Source of the DNA: Auanema rhodensis
Taxonomy: Eukaryota; Animalia; Nematoda
DNA length: 64,000 bases
Assembly (NCBI GenBank): GCA_964057225.1
Contig: OZ059895.1
Location: forward strand, 13,702,001-13,766,000
Reading direction: 5' to 3'
Shown here: one piece after another, positions 47,737-60,200 of the stretch
How the letters are laid out: each line of letters begins with the position of its first letter
Numbering within the stretch: position 1 is the first letter of the stretch
Notes under the pieces: model-generated
Told to the model about the DNA's origin: nothing
The model's input: the letters and a program-made list of their open reading frames with translations, nothing else
Database searches by the model: none
Position numbers and translations under genes: made by a program

Positions 47737-50581
47737 ATGGATGTAAGAGACGATGTCCGCAGTCGCGAAGCAAATTACAACAGTTCTGTAAAAGTAGCTC
47801 GCGAAAATACTGCTGAAGACGGGACGGGGACAGACTATCAGCTAACAGAGCTGAAGACAATGGTGAAAAATGAAGGTAGGTTAAATAATTTGTTGGATTT
47901 TGTTAAGGGCGAAAATTTAAAAAAGGTTTAATCAATTAAATGCTATCCTACGTTGGCTTTATTTATCGCTCTCTGGAAATTTCAGATTGCATAAGAATAT
48001 AGATGATTCTAAAAATATTGTTGTCCCCGAAAATAACGCAAAATAAAATTAAAATTATATAGATCTTAATCTTTTAATATTATAATATGATTATAATTTA
48101 AATTATGAAAGATTATAATATGAGTTTTTTTTTTGGTTTTTTAAGTTATCTAATTTTTTCCTAATCTTTGTTCTGTTCCCTATTAAATTTTGATGGAAAG
48201 ATTCGAATATCTTATATTCATAAAAAAGTCCATAAAAAACATTTTTGCAAGAGCAGTACTGAATTTTGAGAAAATCATCGCAATGGGTGCGCAGTCGTTG
48301 TGGTGAGTGTTTAGGGGCGGGGTTTTATTCCGATGTGCGCATTGAGGTTAGCAAGTTCGTCCTGCGCAATAGCAACTTTACATAAGTGTTCATGATATTT
48401 CGTTTTCAAGATTCCATGCCCACGATTGAATCTCCCTTGGAAGAATTAACGGAGGATGATAGAGGAGCTCAAGAAAGAACATCAGTAGTGGCTGATGAAG
48501 TGGGACATTGAATGATTATTCGAGAAATATTCTTGGTTTTATTTAGACTTTCCATCTTCAATTTGTTGATGTTGTTAGTCGGCACCCCTGTTTATATAAT
48601 CCTGACGATGAGTTTCATGGCAGTAAACATCAAAGTGCTGAATTTAGAAGTCAGGTCTGGAAGAAGATTGCCAAAGATGTGCACTGGACAGGTTTCATAA
48701 TTTAAAAAGGGATAAAAATTGACCATATCTTAGATGATTTGCAAGGCCTTCAATTGCTATGGAAACGTCTGCGAGATAAATTTGTTAGAAAATTAAGACG
48801 TAATGGGGGATTAATAAATGAGGTATTAAATCTTGCATTATACTATATTTTTTATCATCTAGGATCGTCACGATAGTGACCAATTATTTGAAAGGATGAG
48901 ATGGTTAATACCATATATATCTACTCACTGTAAGTTTTAAGTGAATATATATATGTAAAAAACTTTTCGTGTTATAAATTCAGCTCCTCCAACAAGTCAA
49001 GCACAATCTAGAGATTTTTATGTAGAACCGCATGGAATGGGGCATGATGTTATGATAAGTGGGTATGTTTAATAGTTTTAATGTATATACTGTATTTATT
49101 CCGATTCTTAGTTATCAATCCCAATCAAATCCCGCAAATAATCGTATGTCGAACACAGGAGGGTCTGTTGAAGCTATTCGAACAACAAGTGGTTCAAGTA
49201 AGGCTGGTTTTTTAGTAGCAAAAAAAGTTCAATTATTTCAGCTTCTGGCTATTATTTGGTAAGAAACCCTAGTGGGACTGGCGGACAGGCATTTCGCGTA
49301 GTAAATTCGGGAAGTGAGATATCAAGCGGGTTTGTGTATCTTTCTCCTACGAATTACCTTTTTTTCCCACAGAATCTCTTCTAGTAGGGTTACTGTGTTG
49401 CCTGCCACAAGGTCAACTAATGGTAATGCTACTGTTTTACATCTACAGCCGGCGACCTCTAGCCAAGTTTCACGGAATTCACCTCGTATTCACATTGTTA
49501 GTTGCTCTCGTTATCAGTTTTATTAAAAAATATCTTTTAGATTCAGCCTGGCGCATCGAACTATGAGAGAGCAAGTCCTAATGATAATTCCACATCAGAA
49601 GGCTCTAACGTTAATATTAAAAAAGGTTTTTATTACCTATGATTTTGATTTGATAATATTGTTCTTTCAGAAAGCTCCTCTACTATGTCTATGGTTCTTG
49701 ACCCCAATCCTCATTTTTATAATGGAAATCAAAAAGTATACCGCCTTCATGTTAATGAAAATGAAAAAATAAATGAATGGAAACCTGAAATACAAAGGTA
49801 AATGCCTCAGATGTATTTGTTCTTAATGAATTTTCAGTATGCAAGGCTTACCCAGGAAGCGTATGATCCTGTCTAGAGGACAAGGCAATCCAGCTCAGGT
49901 AATATTTTTTTTATTGAAAGTAGTATAGTTTATTTTCAAGATGGGAGAAGAAGTGATTATTGATGATGGGATTCAGGAACGCACTGTTGTTATTGATCAG
50001 GATGGTATTTTATGAAAATAATGTACTATAGAAATATTTCTTATTTTAGATCCAGATTCTCCTCTTTTAAGCGAATCCCCCCTAGCTTCGATGATGATTA
50101 GTGGTCATCAGGTAATTTTTTTTTTCTAATAATTTAATATTTTTGTATTTAGGTTGTCAATAGTCGCCACCAAAACATGTCTCAAAGAGTAATGCCTTCT
50201 TCTCATCTCATGCAACATCACCAAATGAGCGAGGTATTTTTTCAAATTTTAAATCCATATATATCGTCATTAAGCCTGGTTTATCGTCTTCACCAACTTC
50301 TCATCCTGGCTATCTTCAACAAAGTCAGTACGATGCCGATTTAGCTTTCCAACAATTAATAAGTTCAAGTCTAGCTCGTTATGATGATGATATGGTATCT
50401 TAATTTTTATTTTGCTATATACGATTATAAATTTTAGAAAGCACTTATGAAATTTAACATTCAAAGAATTCTTTTGGAAGCTAGGTATGGTGCTGGGACG
50501 TGTCAACGTATAATTCAAGAAGAGGAATTGACTGAGACTGCAGGTAGTAGTGCGGTTGCTCATGAAATGGTCACAAAATAG
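47737..50581 (+). CDS. MADF-domain (Myb/SANT-like) transcription factor with C-terminal BESS-like motif
   Basis: FHLQFVDVVSRHPCLYNPDD...FRSQVWKKIAKDV...LQLLWKRLRDKFVRKLRR...FERMRWL is the MADF pattern. C-terminal DADLAFQQLISSSLARYDDDMKALMKFNIQRILLEARYG is BESS-like. Confidence 0.85.
48280..48410 (+). promoter_or_regulatory. Putative internal (alternative) promoter in intron 1 of the MADF gene
   Basis: GC box GGGGCGGGG at 48314-48322, three TGCGCA palindromes (48288, 48336, 48363), then a TTTTCAAG acceptor (48410) and an in-frame ATG at 48416. Confidence 0.5.
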
Positions 50582-50734
50582 TTGCTGTGCTATACGATTC
50601 TATCAACAAGTGTAATTAGCAATCTTTATACCCGGGTAATATCATCTGTAGGCTGAGCCTCGAATGATAATCATTATGTATAATAATCATGAAGTATAAA
50701 ATAAATTAAGGATCAATTTGTCTTGTATGAAAAA

Positions 50735-51992
50735 TCAGTTATTTTCCCCGTCAAGGTTAATTAGCTTGTTACTGTATTCTGCTAGTTCTTGGATAGAGAA
50801 TCTACCCCTTTGATTGGCAAACTTAGCAACTAAAATGAAAATGACGCGAAACGGATGTTATTAATGGAATACCTGCGTTCAATTCTTCATCAGTTATAAA
50901 TATGAACTTTCCTCGGTCATCCATTACTCCCTAGAAGAAAAAAATTTGAATTTTCTACAACAAGTTTTACCTGGAGTTGTCCATTTTCAAGGAAAAATTG
51001 TAGGCGGTTAACAGCTTGATCAGATTTTAAATTAAAGTGAGCAGCAAGTTCATCCATGTTGACCACTTTGCTTTTTTTAACATAGTCGACGAAATCTCTC
51101 ATTAGGTTTTCGGCCTCTTCTCCTTCGACCACATCGAATCCTTCTTCTTGGACCGCAAATGAAGCTTTCATCTACAACCAAATGTCACCATATGAAAAAA
51201 CTTATTTTTTTACCGCTAAATATTCTTCATGCTCTCTTTTCTCCTTTTCTTCCTTTTCCTTCCTTTTTCTTTCTTCCTCTGCTTCCTCTTGTTGCCGTTC
51301 CATTTCACGTTCTTCTTCTCTCTTTTTATCTTTTTCGGCTTCTCTCATCTTCTGTTCTTCACGATCTCTTAATTCCTAAAATTAAATACTTTGCTAAAAA
51401 CTAAATTTTGTTTCAAAATTAACACCTGTTCTCTCATGGCCTTTTTCTCAGCTTTAGCTTGTAGCTTCAGTGCCTTCCGTTTACCTATTTTTTCACCAGT
51501 CTCCGATCGATAAGAATCACCTTAGATATGCCACTGTTTAGTTAAACAAAATTTTTCCAACCTTCGTCATCCTCATCATCTTCTGCATCTTGCTCACCAT
51601 ACTGTTGCGCAATCATTTGATCAAAAAAATCCTCATCATGGTTCACACGTCGTCGAGCTCCTCGTCTTCTACCACCAGCAACTAAAAAGCAAAAATACGC
51701 TAGGTCATAACAGTATTTGTCTGCCTTCTGCTTCTCGTCTTTGATTATCGTTGCCTTCTGTGGCAGCAATTATAGCTGCTGTTCTTCGTTTGGCAGCTGC
51801 TTCATCCCATTGAAGTTTCAGTAATCGGTAGATTATAAATGATAGCCTAAGTTTTAACTAGATTTAAACCTTTTTCAAAATGACTTACGCTACGAATAAA
51901 ATACCCACCGATCCCAGAAGGGCAGGACTCATTCCTTCATTTGCAAATGCAAACGGAGCATCTGAAGTTGAAGACTTCGTATCGTCCTTCAT
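50735..51992 (-). CDS. DDRGK1: DDRGK domain-containing protein 1 (UFM1-binding protein UFBP1)
   Basis: N-terminal TM anchor, KIGKRKALKLQAKAEKK, charged coiled coil, [65 protein letters not shown]. Confidence 0.95.
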
Positions 51993-52628
51993 ATCTATTA
52001 TAATTATGTAAAGTGAATATTTCAATAACGCAATACAATGACATGTTTAAATTGTATTAGATTTTGATATGGAATGCGTATGAAATCGTTTGAATTTTTG
52101 ACGAAGTTAACGAAATTAAATTAAATCTGTTAGCTTTGATGAAAGTAGCTAATTTTACATAAAGAAAATAGTTTGATGTGATTTGGAGGGTACCAACGAT
52201 CCTAACAACTTACGATTTGCTTGCATTCCGTTTACATAGAGGCAAAACAGCACAGAATAAGAAACTTTATTTTAACACTTGATATGAACCGTTGTTAGTT
52301 CTAAGATAAAATTAGATTATGAAGTGATAAATTACGATTATTTCAGTTTGAAAGTTTTAATGTTTTTACCATCTGTATTGTTGAAGAAGCATGTTTTAAA
52401 ATTAATAGAAGAGTTATAAATCTTTCAAACTTGTATCTTTTTTTAGAGCAGTTCTTGAAAAACCAAAACATATTTTTGCAACTTTGAAATTTAAAATTTT
52501 CAGGCTTTATTCAATATTTCATATTAGTACGATCAATTTGTGCAAGGTTGCAGATCTGAAATCGTGGTTTTTATGTTATTGTTTGCTAAAGTAGATATAC
52601 TGTTGAAGCTATATCATTTGCTTGATAG

Positions 52629-52809
52629 CTCCTCTTACCCAAGACACAATGATTCGATCGAATCACTGTTTTATTTTCTGATTAAATCTATCAAATGTTC
52701 TAATAATGAAGGTAATTGAACTCTTCTTACTCAAGAGATAATGAATCAATCCAATAACTGTTTTATTTTCTGATTGAATTTATTCAATGTACTATGAAGA
52801 TAATTGAAC
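52629..52809. repeat. Degenerate tandem duplication of about 92 bp (2 copies)
   Basis: cctcttacccaagacacaatg...ctgttttattttctgattaaat...gaaggtaattgaa (52629-52720) versus ctcttcttactcaagagataatg...ctgttttattttctgattgaat...gaagataattgaac (52721-52809). Confidence 0.85.
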
Positions 52810-52985
52810 GAATATTTCAGTCTTCTACATGTATTTACCACAAACATTAAATATTTTCTGAAAATCTGTATGTGAGCTAGTAATCAACGTTTGACATGGC
52901 CGACCTAAAAATGAAAATCACGTGAAATAGTTTGCGGGCTTTTCTATTTCATTCTTATTAGTAACAGTGAAATCAGCGGTTGATT

Positions 52986-53983
52986 ATGTTAGGTGATGAA
53001 GATAGTACTGATTCTGACACGGATTATCATAGGTTCACTTTTGTTAATGAAACATTAATGTGAAAAATCATTGTAGATACATGAATGAATTAATGCTCGA
53101 TTTACATGCTCTTCAACAAACAGGGGATAGGGAACACCATTTCACTCATGTTAACGTAGTATTGATATCTGATGTCGCTTTCTGATTAGGCTTCTTCAGA
53201 AACTACTAATAAACGAAATTGAACGTGTGTGGACATCTTTCTATTGTAATAATCAACAAAATAATTCAGTCAATATCCCATATCGCCAAGAAGCTGGCAA
53301 AAACAATGATACTAGTGTAAGTAATCATTGTGTCAATAAATTTCATATAAACGTTATAGTTTTTGAATAATGTTCAAGGAGGCGATCAAATTGAAATGAA
53401 AGAGAAGGTTTTCATACCTAAAACACCAGAGTTTGTATCTTTATACATTTTCTGTTTTTATGCTCCCTTTAGAAACAGCAAGTGCAATTTGATTGGTCGA
53501 ATAATTGGCCCTTGTGGTATGAGTATCAAACAACTCGAGGCGGAAACAAATTGTTCGATTCGTATTCGAGGAGAAGGAAGTGTTAAGGTAGGTATCGATC
53601 AGTGATATTTATAAATTGTATAAATTAGGATCCTCGAAAAGAAAAGTATTTGAAACATGTCAATGGCTGGGAGCATCTTTACGAGCCGTTGCATGTTCTT
53701 ATAATTGCTCGAGATAATAGCAAAGCAGTGTAGATGATACTTGAAACTATATACGTAATTTTCTGGTTAACGTTTCAGATGTGAATGGAAACTTAGAATG
53801 GCAGTAAACGTAGTTCGAACACTACTTAGTCCAACTCATGACGAATATAAGAAAAAACAACTTATTCAGGTTTATAAAAGCAATCTATAATTGAATATGA
53901 AAATGCTTCAGCTGGCTATCATAAATGGAACATATCGTCACAGAAATAATATTTTAGCCATGTCAAGCTCTTCTTCTTCATGA
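52986..53983 (+). CDS. Short STAR/GSG-family KH RNA-binding protein (QUA1-KH-QUA2), GLD-1/ASD-2/Quaking-like paralog
   Basis: YMNELMLD...FTHVNKLLINEIERV (QUA1); EKVFIP...[35 protein letters not shown]...WEHLYEPLHVLI (KH); DEYKKKQLIQLAIINGTYR (QUA2). Confidence 0.9.
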
Positions 53984-54212
53984 AATTATTTGTTTTTATA
54001 AGTTAAAATTAATGAGTGACTACACTGAAAATATTATTTATGTCTGAAACAATTTGAGTTAAAAAAAGTTTATAATTATTAAATCTTTGAATTATTAATT
54101 GAACATGTTCAAATTGCTAATAGGTTATAAAATAATAACAATGAGATCTAAGTGTATTATACAAGTACAGTTCAAACAAGAGTAAAATTAGTAAATATAA
54201 CTTTCAATTTAT

Positions 54213-57200
54213 CTACATGAATGGAGCCCATCCAATATACATTAGTGATAAAAGTTTTTCATCAGAAGAAAGAGAAATTAATTTGTCCACTTGCCCTTCT
54301 AAACTCATAGGAGGACAGTTATAACGTAGTTTATGGATCTGGAGCATTTTTATTGAGATGAATACAGAAAAAAAATAAACCTCGGGTGTTACAATATGTC
54401 CTTCCAAACGTTTGGCAATAAGCGAAACAGCTTCTTGAGCTTGATTTACAGCTTTTGGTGCTTGCTGTTGTCCTAGTATATTACCTCTCTAAAAAAGTAA
54501 CAATATAAGCATCTTTAATAAAAACAATACTCTGTTTTGCTGAGCACGAGCTTCTGTAGTGATCCATTCGACAAGAGGATCATGTACGAACGTTTGGATA
54601 ACACTAAGTAACGTATCTTTGTGATCTCTCATAACCTTCATGGTCACTTCACATGCTTTCCTAAATATACCCTCCACACCAGTTGGACCTAGACCATTTA
54701 TCATATTGCGTGTTAACCGGAACGGAACTATCTGCAAGAGCATTAATATTCAGCAGGATATCAGTTTTCTAGCCAACCTCTTTGACTGGTAATTGTTCTC
54801 CTTTATTAAATATAAGATTAAAGTCGACATGCACGACACATCCTTCGAGAACATCAATTAGCACGTTTTCACCGTGCCTATCACCTATAGGGCATTATAA
54901 GACCTTTTCTCTATTTAAAAATACCTAATCCGAGGACAAAGCCTATCATAGACATTACGGCAGAAGAAGATGCATAACTGGTTCGCGCTGCATGCCATGA
55001 AGCAGGATCAGCAAATTGCCTTCTAAAAAAAAGATACGATTGTTTAGAAAATAGACCCCACCTAAACCATTCGGACATTACCAAAGGATAATGTTCATAA
55101 AAGTATGTTCGCATCTTGTTTAATTTATCTTCTTCTGAAGCATTGACATTCCAGTTTAGAAACCTGGTAAAGCAAGAAAACAAAATAAAACTATTTAATA
55201 TTCTAGCTTACCAATTAGAATCATTGATTGGCTTCCCGCTAATTTCCTCGAAGAGAGGTTGTAGAACACCTCTATAAGGCATAAGGTTATGGATCCATTC
55301 TAATATACCCCCTCCTGCCTAAAAACGAGGCTAAAACTATTAAGATAGTGATTAAATCACCTGTAAAGGAATAACACTGAAAGTTCGAACCATCAACTGT
55401 CTTCTGCGAGCATCCGCATTTTGTTTCATTAAAGAATTCATCATCTAGATCTTACGATAACATACATTTCTTATAGAAATTCTTACTCTGCTCACGTCCA
55501 TAAATCGAGCATCCTTACGAAGCTCGTCACCAGGTTTACACATTAATGGCAAACTTCTGCCATCTACAGCTCTCAGAGTTAGTTTCTTTGGTCGCTGCAT
55601 TGATTTTAATACCTGTAAATATCACACAAAAATATTAATCTTTCGTTGGAACGCAGACCATATATTCTTGATCCAATGAATGAACTAATACTTCCGGAAC
55701 GCACTTATCTTCCTCATTCAAAGAATCAGATAGCATTACCATTTGGGAGAGATAGCAAACCTAAACTTAAAACTTCTTAATTTAGAAGTAAAATTAACAT
55801 ACCTTCAATTCTCGTTCGGGAGAGACTGCATGCTGAAGCATTTCAGTCAACGGTATCATAACAGATGGAGTAATTTTTCGAACTCCTTCTAAGCGGCGCT
55901 CCCTGGCTCCCACTACAATTAGAAAAAAGTGTAAAAAAACTAATCAGGTAATCCCAGTACTTAGCAAACTACAATCGAGCTTTCCCATTTTGAAGAAATC
56001 ATATAAAAGCGAATATCGACTAGATAAATCAAAATAAGTTCCAGGATTACATTGATCTTCAGCAAATCTAAAAACAATTCTACTATTATCTTAAAACAAT
56101 TTGAACCACACTTGATTAGAAGTGCAGAAATATAGTCATATTGATCAATTAATTCCTCTAGTTCGCTTCTACCAGAAACATTTCTTCTACTTTTGTTACG
56201 AGCTACGTCATAAACCATTGCACATCTGAAACAAGATGAATGACAAGGATACTTAATGTTTTTCTATGCCGTTGTTGTCTGATGTTTTTACCCCAAGTAC
56301 CATTACGATAAACGGCGATGGATTGCCATAAGCATTGATGAGGGTATTTACATATCAATTCTGATAATATGATCTGTAATATAAAATATGTTAACATTAG
56401 AAGCAGTTGCAGCACCTTTAATGTGTTGAAAACACGTTCATCCGGATGTACTATACGGGAAATTAATTGAGGAAATGCAGTATAAAAATCCGAAGAAGCC
56501 AATTGATGAAATGCAGTAAGAACAAAACTGTTCATCTTTAAGATGAGCATTTTCAAGAATCAAAGTTACAACTGTCATACCCTATCTATATCAGCTCTTT
56601 CCCTAGGTTCTATGTCAGCTTTGGTTCCCATTTCTTGTTTTCGTTTGTGCATCTCTTCATTCTGAAAAAATTCAATAACTAATAACAAAAAACTTAATTT
56701 ACCTTTTTTTGTGTGACATCCAGCCATAATGTCAGCATACGAGGTAGGGCATGGAATAAATGACTTTTCCCATATTTTAGTGTTGAGCAATAAGTATCCA
56801 AAAGAAGAATCATCAGATCGGTTTTGCCCTTTCCATCAACACCAAACATGCTGTCCATGAACACAGCAACACGATAATAAAGATCTTCCGAAGGAACATC
56901 CAGACTGCGCAATGAATTATATGTTTTATATAGATCATTAGCACTCATAGCTCCTGCTTTCATCATATATTCGGCTCTCAGTAATTGAACCTTAACCATT
57001 AATAAAATGATTTCATGGCGGTCAGTTCAAAAAACCTCGGCAAAGGCAGCGCGATCTTCACGTCTAGTTCTCAAAATAGGATGATGGCTGGTACTTTGAC
57101 CACTACTTATATCGCTAACAAAGTTAGAAAATAAGTCATTCATACTTTCAAATCGTCCTTTAAGCAGTTTGCTTAATAACCCTATGGCTTGTTGTTGATT

Positions 57201-60200
57201 GCCCTATAAATCTTGTCAATTACTTCCAAGAAAAAGGCAAACCTTCTGGAATTCAAATCTTGCTTCCTCCATTCCAACATCCTTGTGATTCACATCTAGC
57301 TTTTTTGCTTCCACTAAATGAGTCCAAGCTATTTGCAAATGACCGGCCTGCCTAGCTAACCGTGAACTCTAAAGGCTAAGGAGATTAAAAAATATATCGA
57401 AAAGGTAGATTGAACCTCAATAAGAAGTTGTGCGACTTCCTCTTCATAACCAACCCCTTTACTTGCTTCAAGAATTTCTCGACGTACACGTAGTATAGGT
57501 TCAAGTACTGAAGTACATTGAACGGTAGACTCTGATCGAGACTAGACTCGAGAAAACGAATGTTAATGAATATGGCTAGAAACGCTACCTTCCATTTAGT
57601 CATCACAGAAGCAAGCATCGTGTCTGAAGATTCTTGACTGCTAAGTAAGCGCAAAGACGAAGTTGAATCATCCACTTCCTCCAAGATATGAAGCCTTAAT
57701 AAACAAATGATTGATCATACGTGTGAAGTAACCAACTGGGCAACAAATTTATAAGCTTGGGCATACGCATCAGCATGCTCAATTGTCATTGCGGTCAATC
57801 TCTCAACAAGACGTTCTCTAGCTGATTCGAGGCGAGCTGATACAACTGAGCGTTCCCTTTTCTTTACACTACACATAATTGCTGCACATGCAGCACCCCA
57901 CGAAACTTCAGGTAATGACAAAACAATATTCGATTTCTTAATAAATCATGATCAACAGATATACAAATAACCTTACTTCGACCATTTTTTCAAGCATTCC
58001 CCAATCTCTGAGATGCCAGGTAGCCTCGATCTGACAAGCATCCATAGCTGCCTTTGTAGCTTCATCTAGGTTATGTGCTGCGCAGTATGAAGTAGAGGTA
58101 TCAAGAGCCAAATGTGGTTGATTTAAACGAAGAAGACAACGAATCAGTTTAAGCTTAAAGGCGTGAGATATTAAGTATTACTGATATATATATTAGAAAG
58201 TACTAACTTTTTGATTATCTACGGAGCTACCGTACAACGGCAGAGCTTCGTTGTAATCACCATTAGCTTCAAAGGCTAAAATTCGTTCATCAGCGCTTGG
58301 ATCTACCCGATTAGCTAAACATTCGAAAGCACCAAGAACTCCATCGACATTTTGTAATTGAGAATATATTCTCTGCAAATATCTATTCTTATTTCATTAT
58401 AGGAAAAGACTGCCATACCTCTATTGTATAATAGTGATTACGACAGAATATATCCCCACCATTTGAATCTTTCTTGATCCCGTATTGTTCACACCTGAAC
58501 GTCGAATTACTAAATTCATAAAACTTTAGCCTCTACCATCTTAAAGCTCGATAGAGACACTGGCATCTTTCCGCTGCTGCAACTGCTAAAAGTGAACCAT
58601 CGGGTAAGCAAACGTTTAAAACTCGATTAACGAATAGCTTAGCACGTTCTACCTCCTTAAAAATGAATGTTTATAAGAAGAATGTGAGATCATACTTTTG
58701 GAATAGTTCTTCTTGATCCATTAACTTTCAGAACAATATATCGTTCAACTACGTCCAAAATTGAAAAAACAACATGAGCTGCCATACGTATCCAACCAGG
58801 AGCAGAATCAGAGATAACAGTTAATAAAACCTTTTCCATTTCCTTGGAATACTGAATGAAAATGAGTAAACACTTTAGTTATGAAGTCATACGTGATCAA
58901 TAATCTCATCAGCTGGATTCTCAACAAGCAAACGAATAATTAACTGAGAAAGGATATGTTTGGTGAAAATAGTAGTTTTAGTGTTAACAATCCATTTTAA
59001 AGCACGGAAGACATCTCTCATTGGGTATGCTCGCACCTAGAACCCATAGTATAAAACATTAATCCAGAAAAAACGATTCACATGAGCGGCTCCCAAAAGA
59101 TAGCACTGCTGTAGCCACTCGTCGAAGCCTCCCACATGATCTACAATTGGCCTATAAAAAAAAATGAAAAAGCAAAATAAAAATAAGAGCAATACAAGTC
59201 CTCAATTAATTTCGTCTCTCGTGTTGGGTTAAGATGTGTTTTTCTCAAAGGTTCTATATCCCTTCTGCAATCAGAGCTCAATCTGAAATGTAAAAAAAAT
59301 ACATAACCAAAAAATCTCAAACACACTTCATCATAATTCCATCTTCATCAACATCTCCAACGAGGCGAACCAGCAATTCTTGTATAGAATATTCAATTTG
59401 ATCAATCATGAAAGCATTTGTAACTGTTGAATAAACTTTCCAACATCGTTCGATTAGGTCCGCGCTGAACTATATAAACTATTATATTAATAAAATGGCA
59501 ATATATTTAAAAGAGACACATACGTCTTTATCTCCAACAAATATTATGGGATCGCTGGTTAACCTTCTATTAGTCAGCGATAAACCCAAACGTCCGGGAT
59601 CTACAGCTCCAATTCTACCAAGGCATTTAGCGGCCAGCAATCGAACATTCATTTCACCACATCTTCTCAAACAATGAAATAAGGCAGGAACCTGAAGCAT
59701 AATTGTTGTTAATTTCTTTTTTATAATTAATACTAATTCGGCAGCCAAAACGTCATCCAAGGGATTACCATCCAATGTAGAAATTAATTTTTCCAATACA
59801 ACTTTTCCAACTGTTTCACATTCATCAATCAACATTCGAACACATCCTGAAATACGATTATCAGGACTATAACGTTCATATTGCTACCTTTAACTACTCT
59901 TTCACGAGTATCTGCAACAGTTCCACGTCTTAGATATTTTTCAACAACAGAGGAACCAGGAGATTCGCTGTTTATCAGAACTAATGCTGTTCGTTTGAAG
60001 TTTTCGCTTAAATTCGACAATAAAAGTAGAAATATATAAACAAACGCACCATTGCTCTACTTCCAGAGGGCCTTTTTGTTCAAAAATGAGTTCAAGCAAA
60101 TTATTAGCAGTATCATATCTGAGAAGAGGCTGAATTGCGATGAGAATCTGAGGTAACAGAGCAGCCAGTTCTCTACAATTAAAATAATATTGCATAAAAG

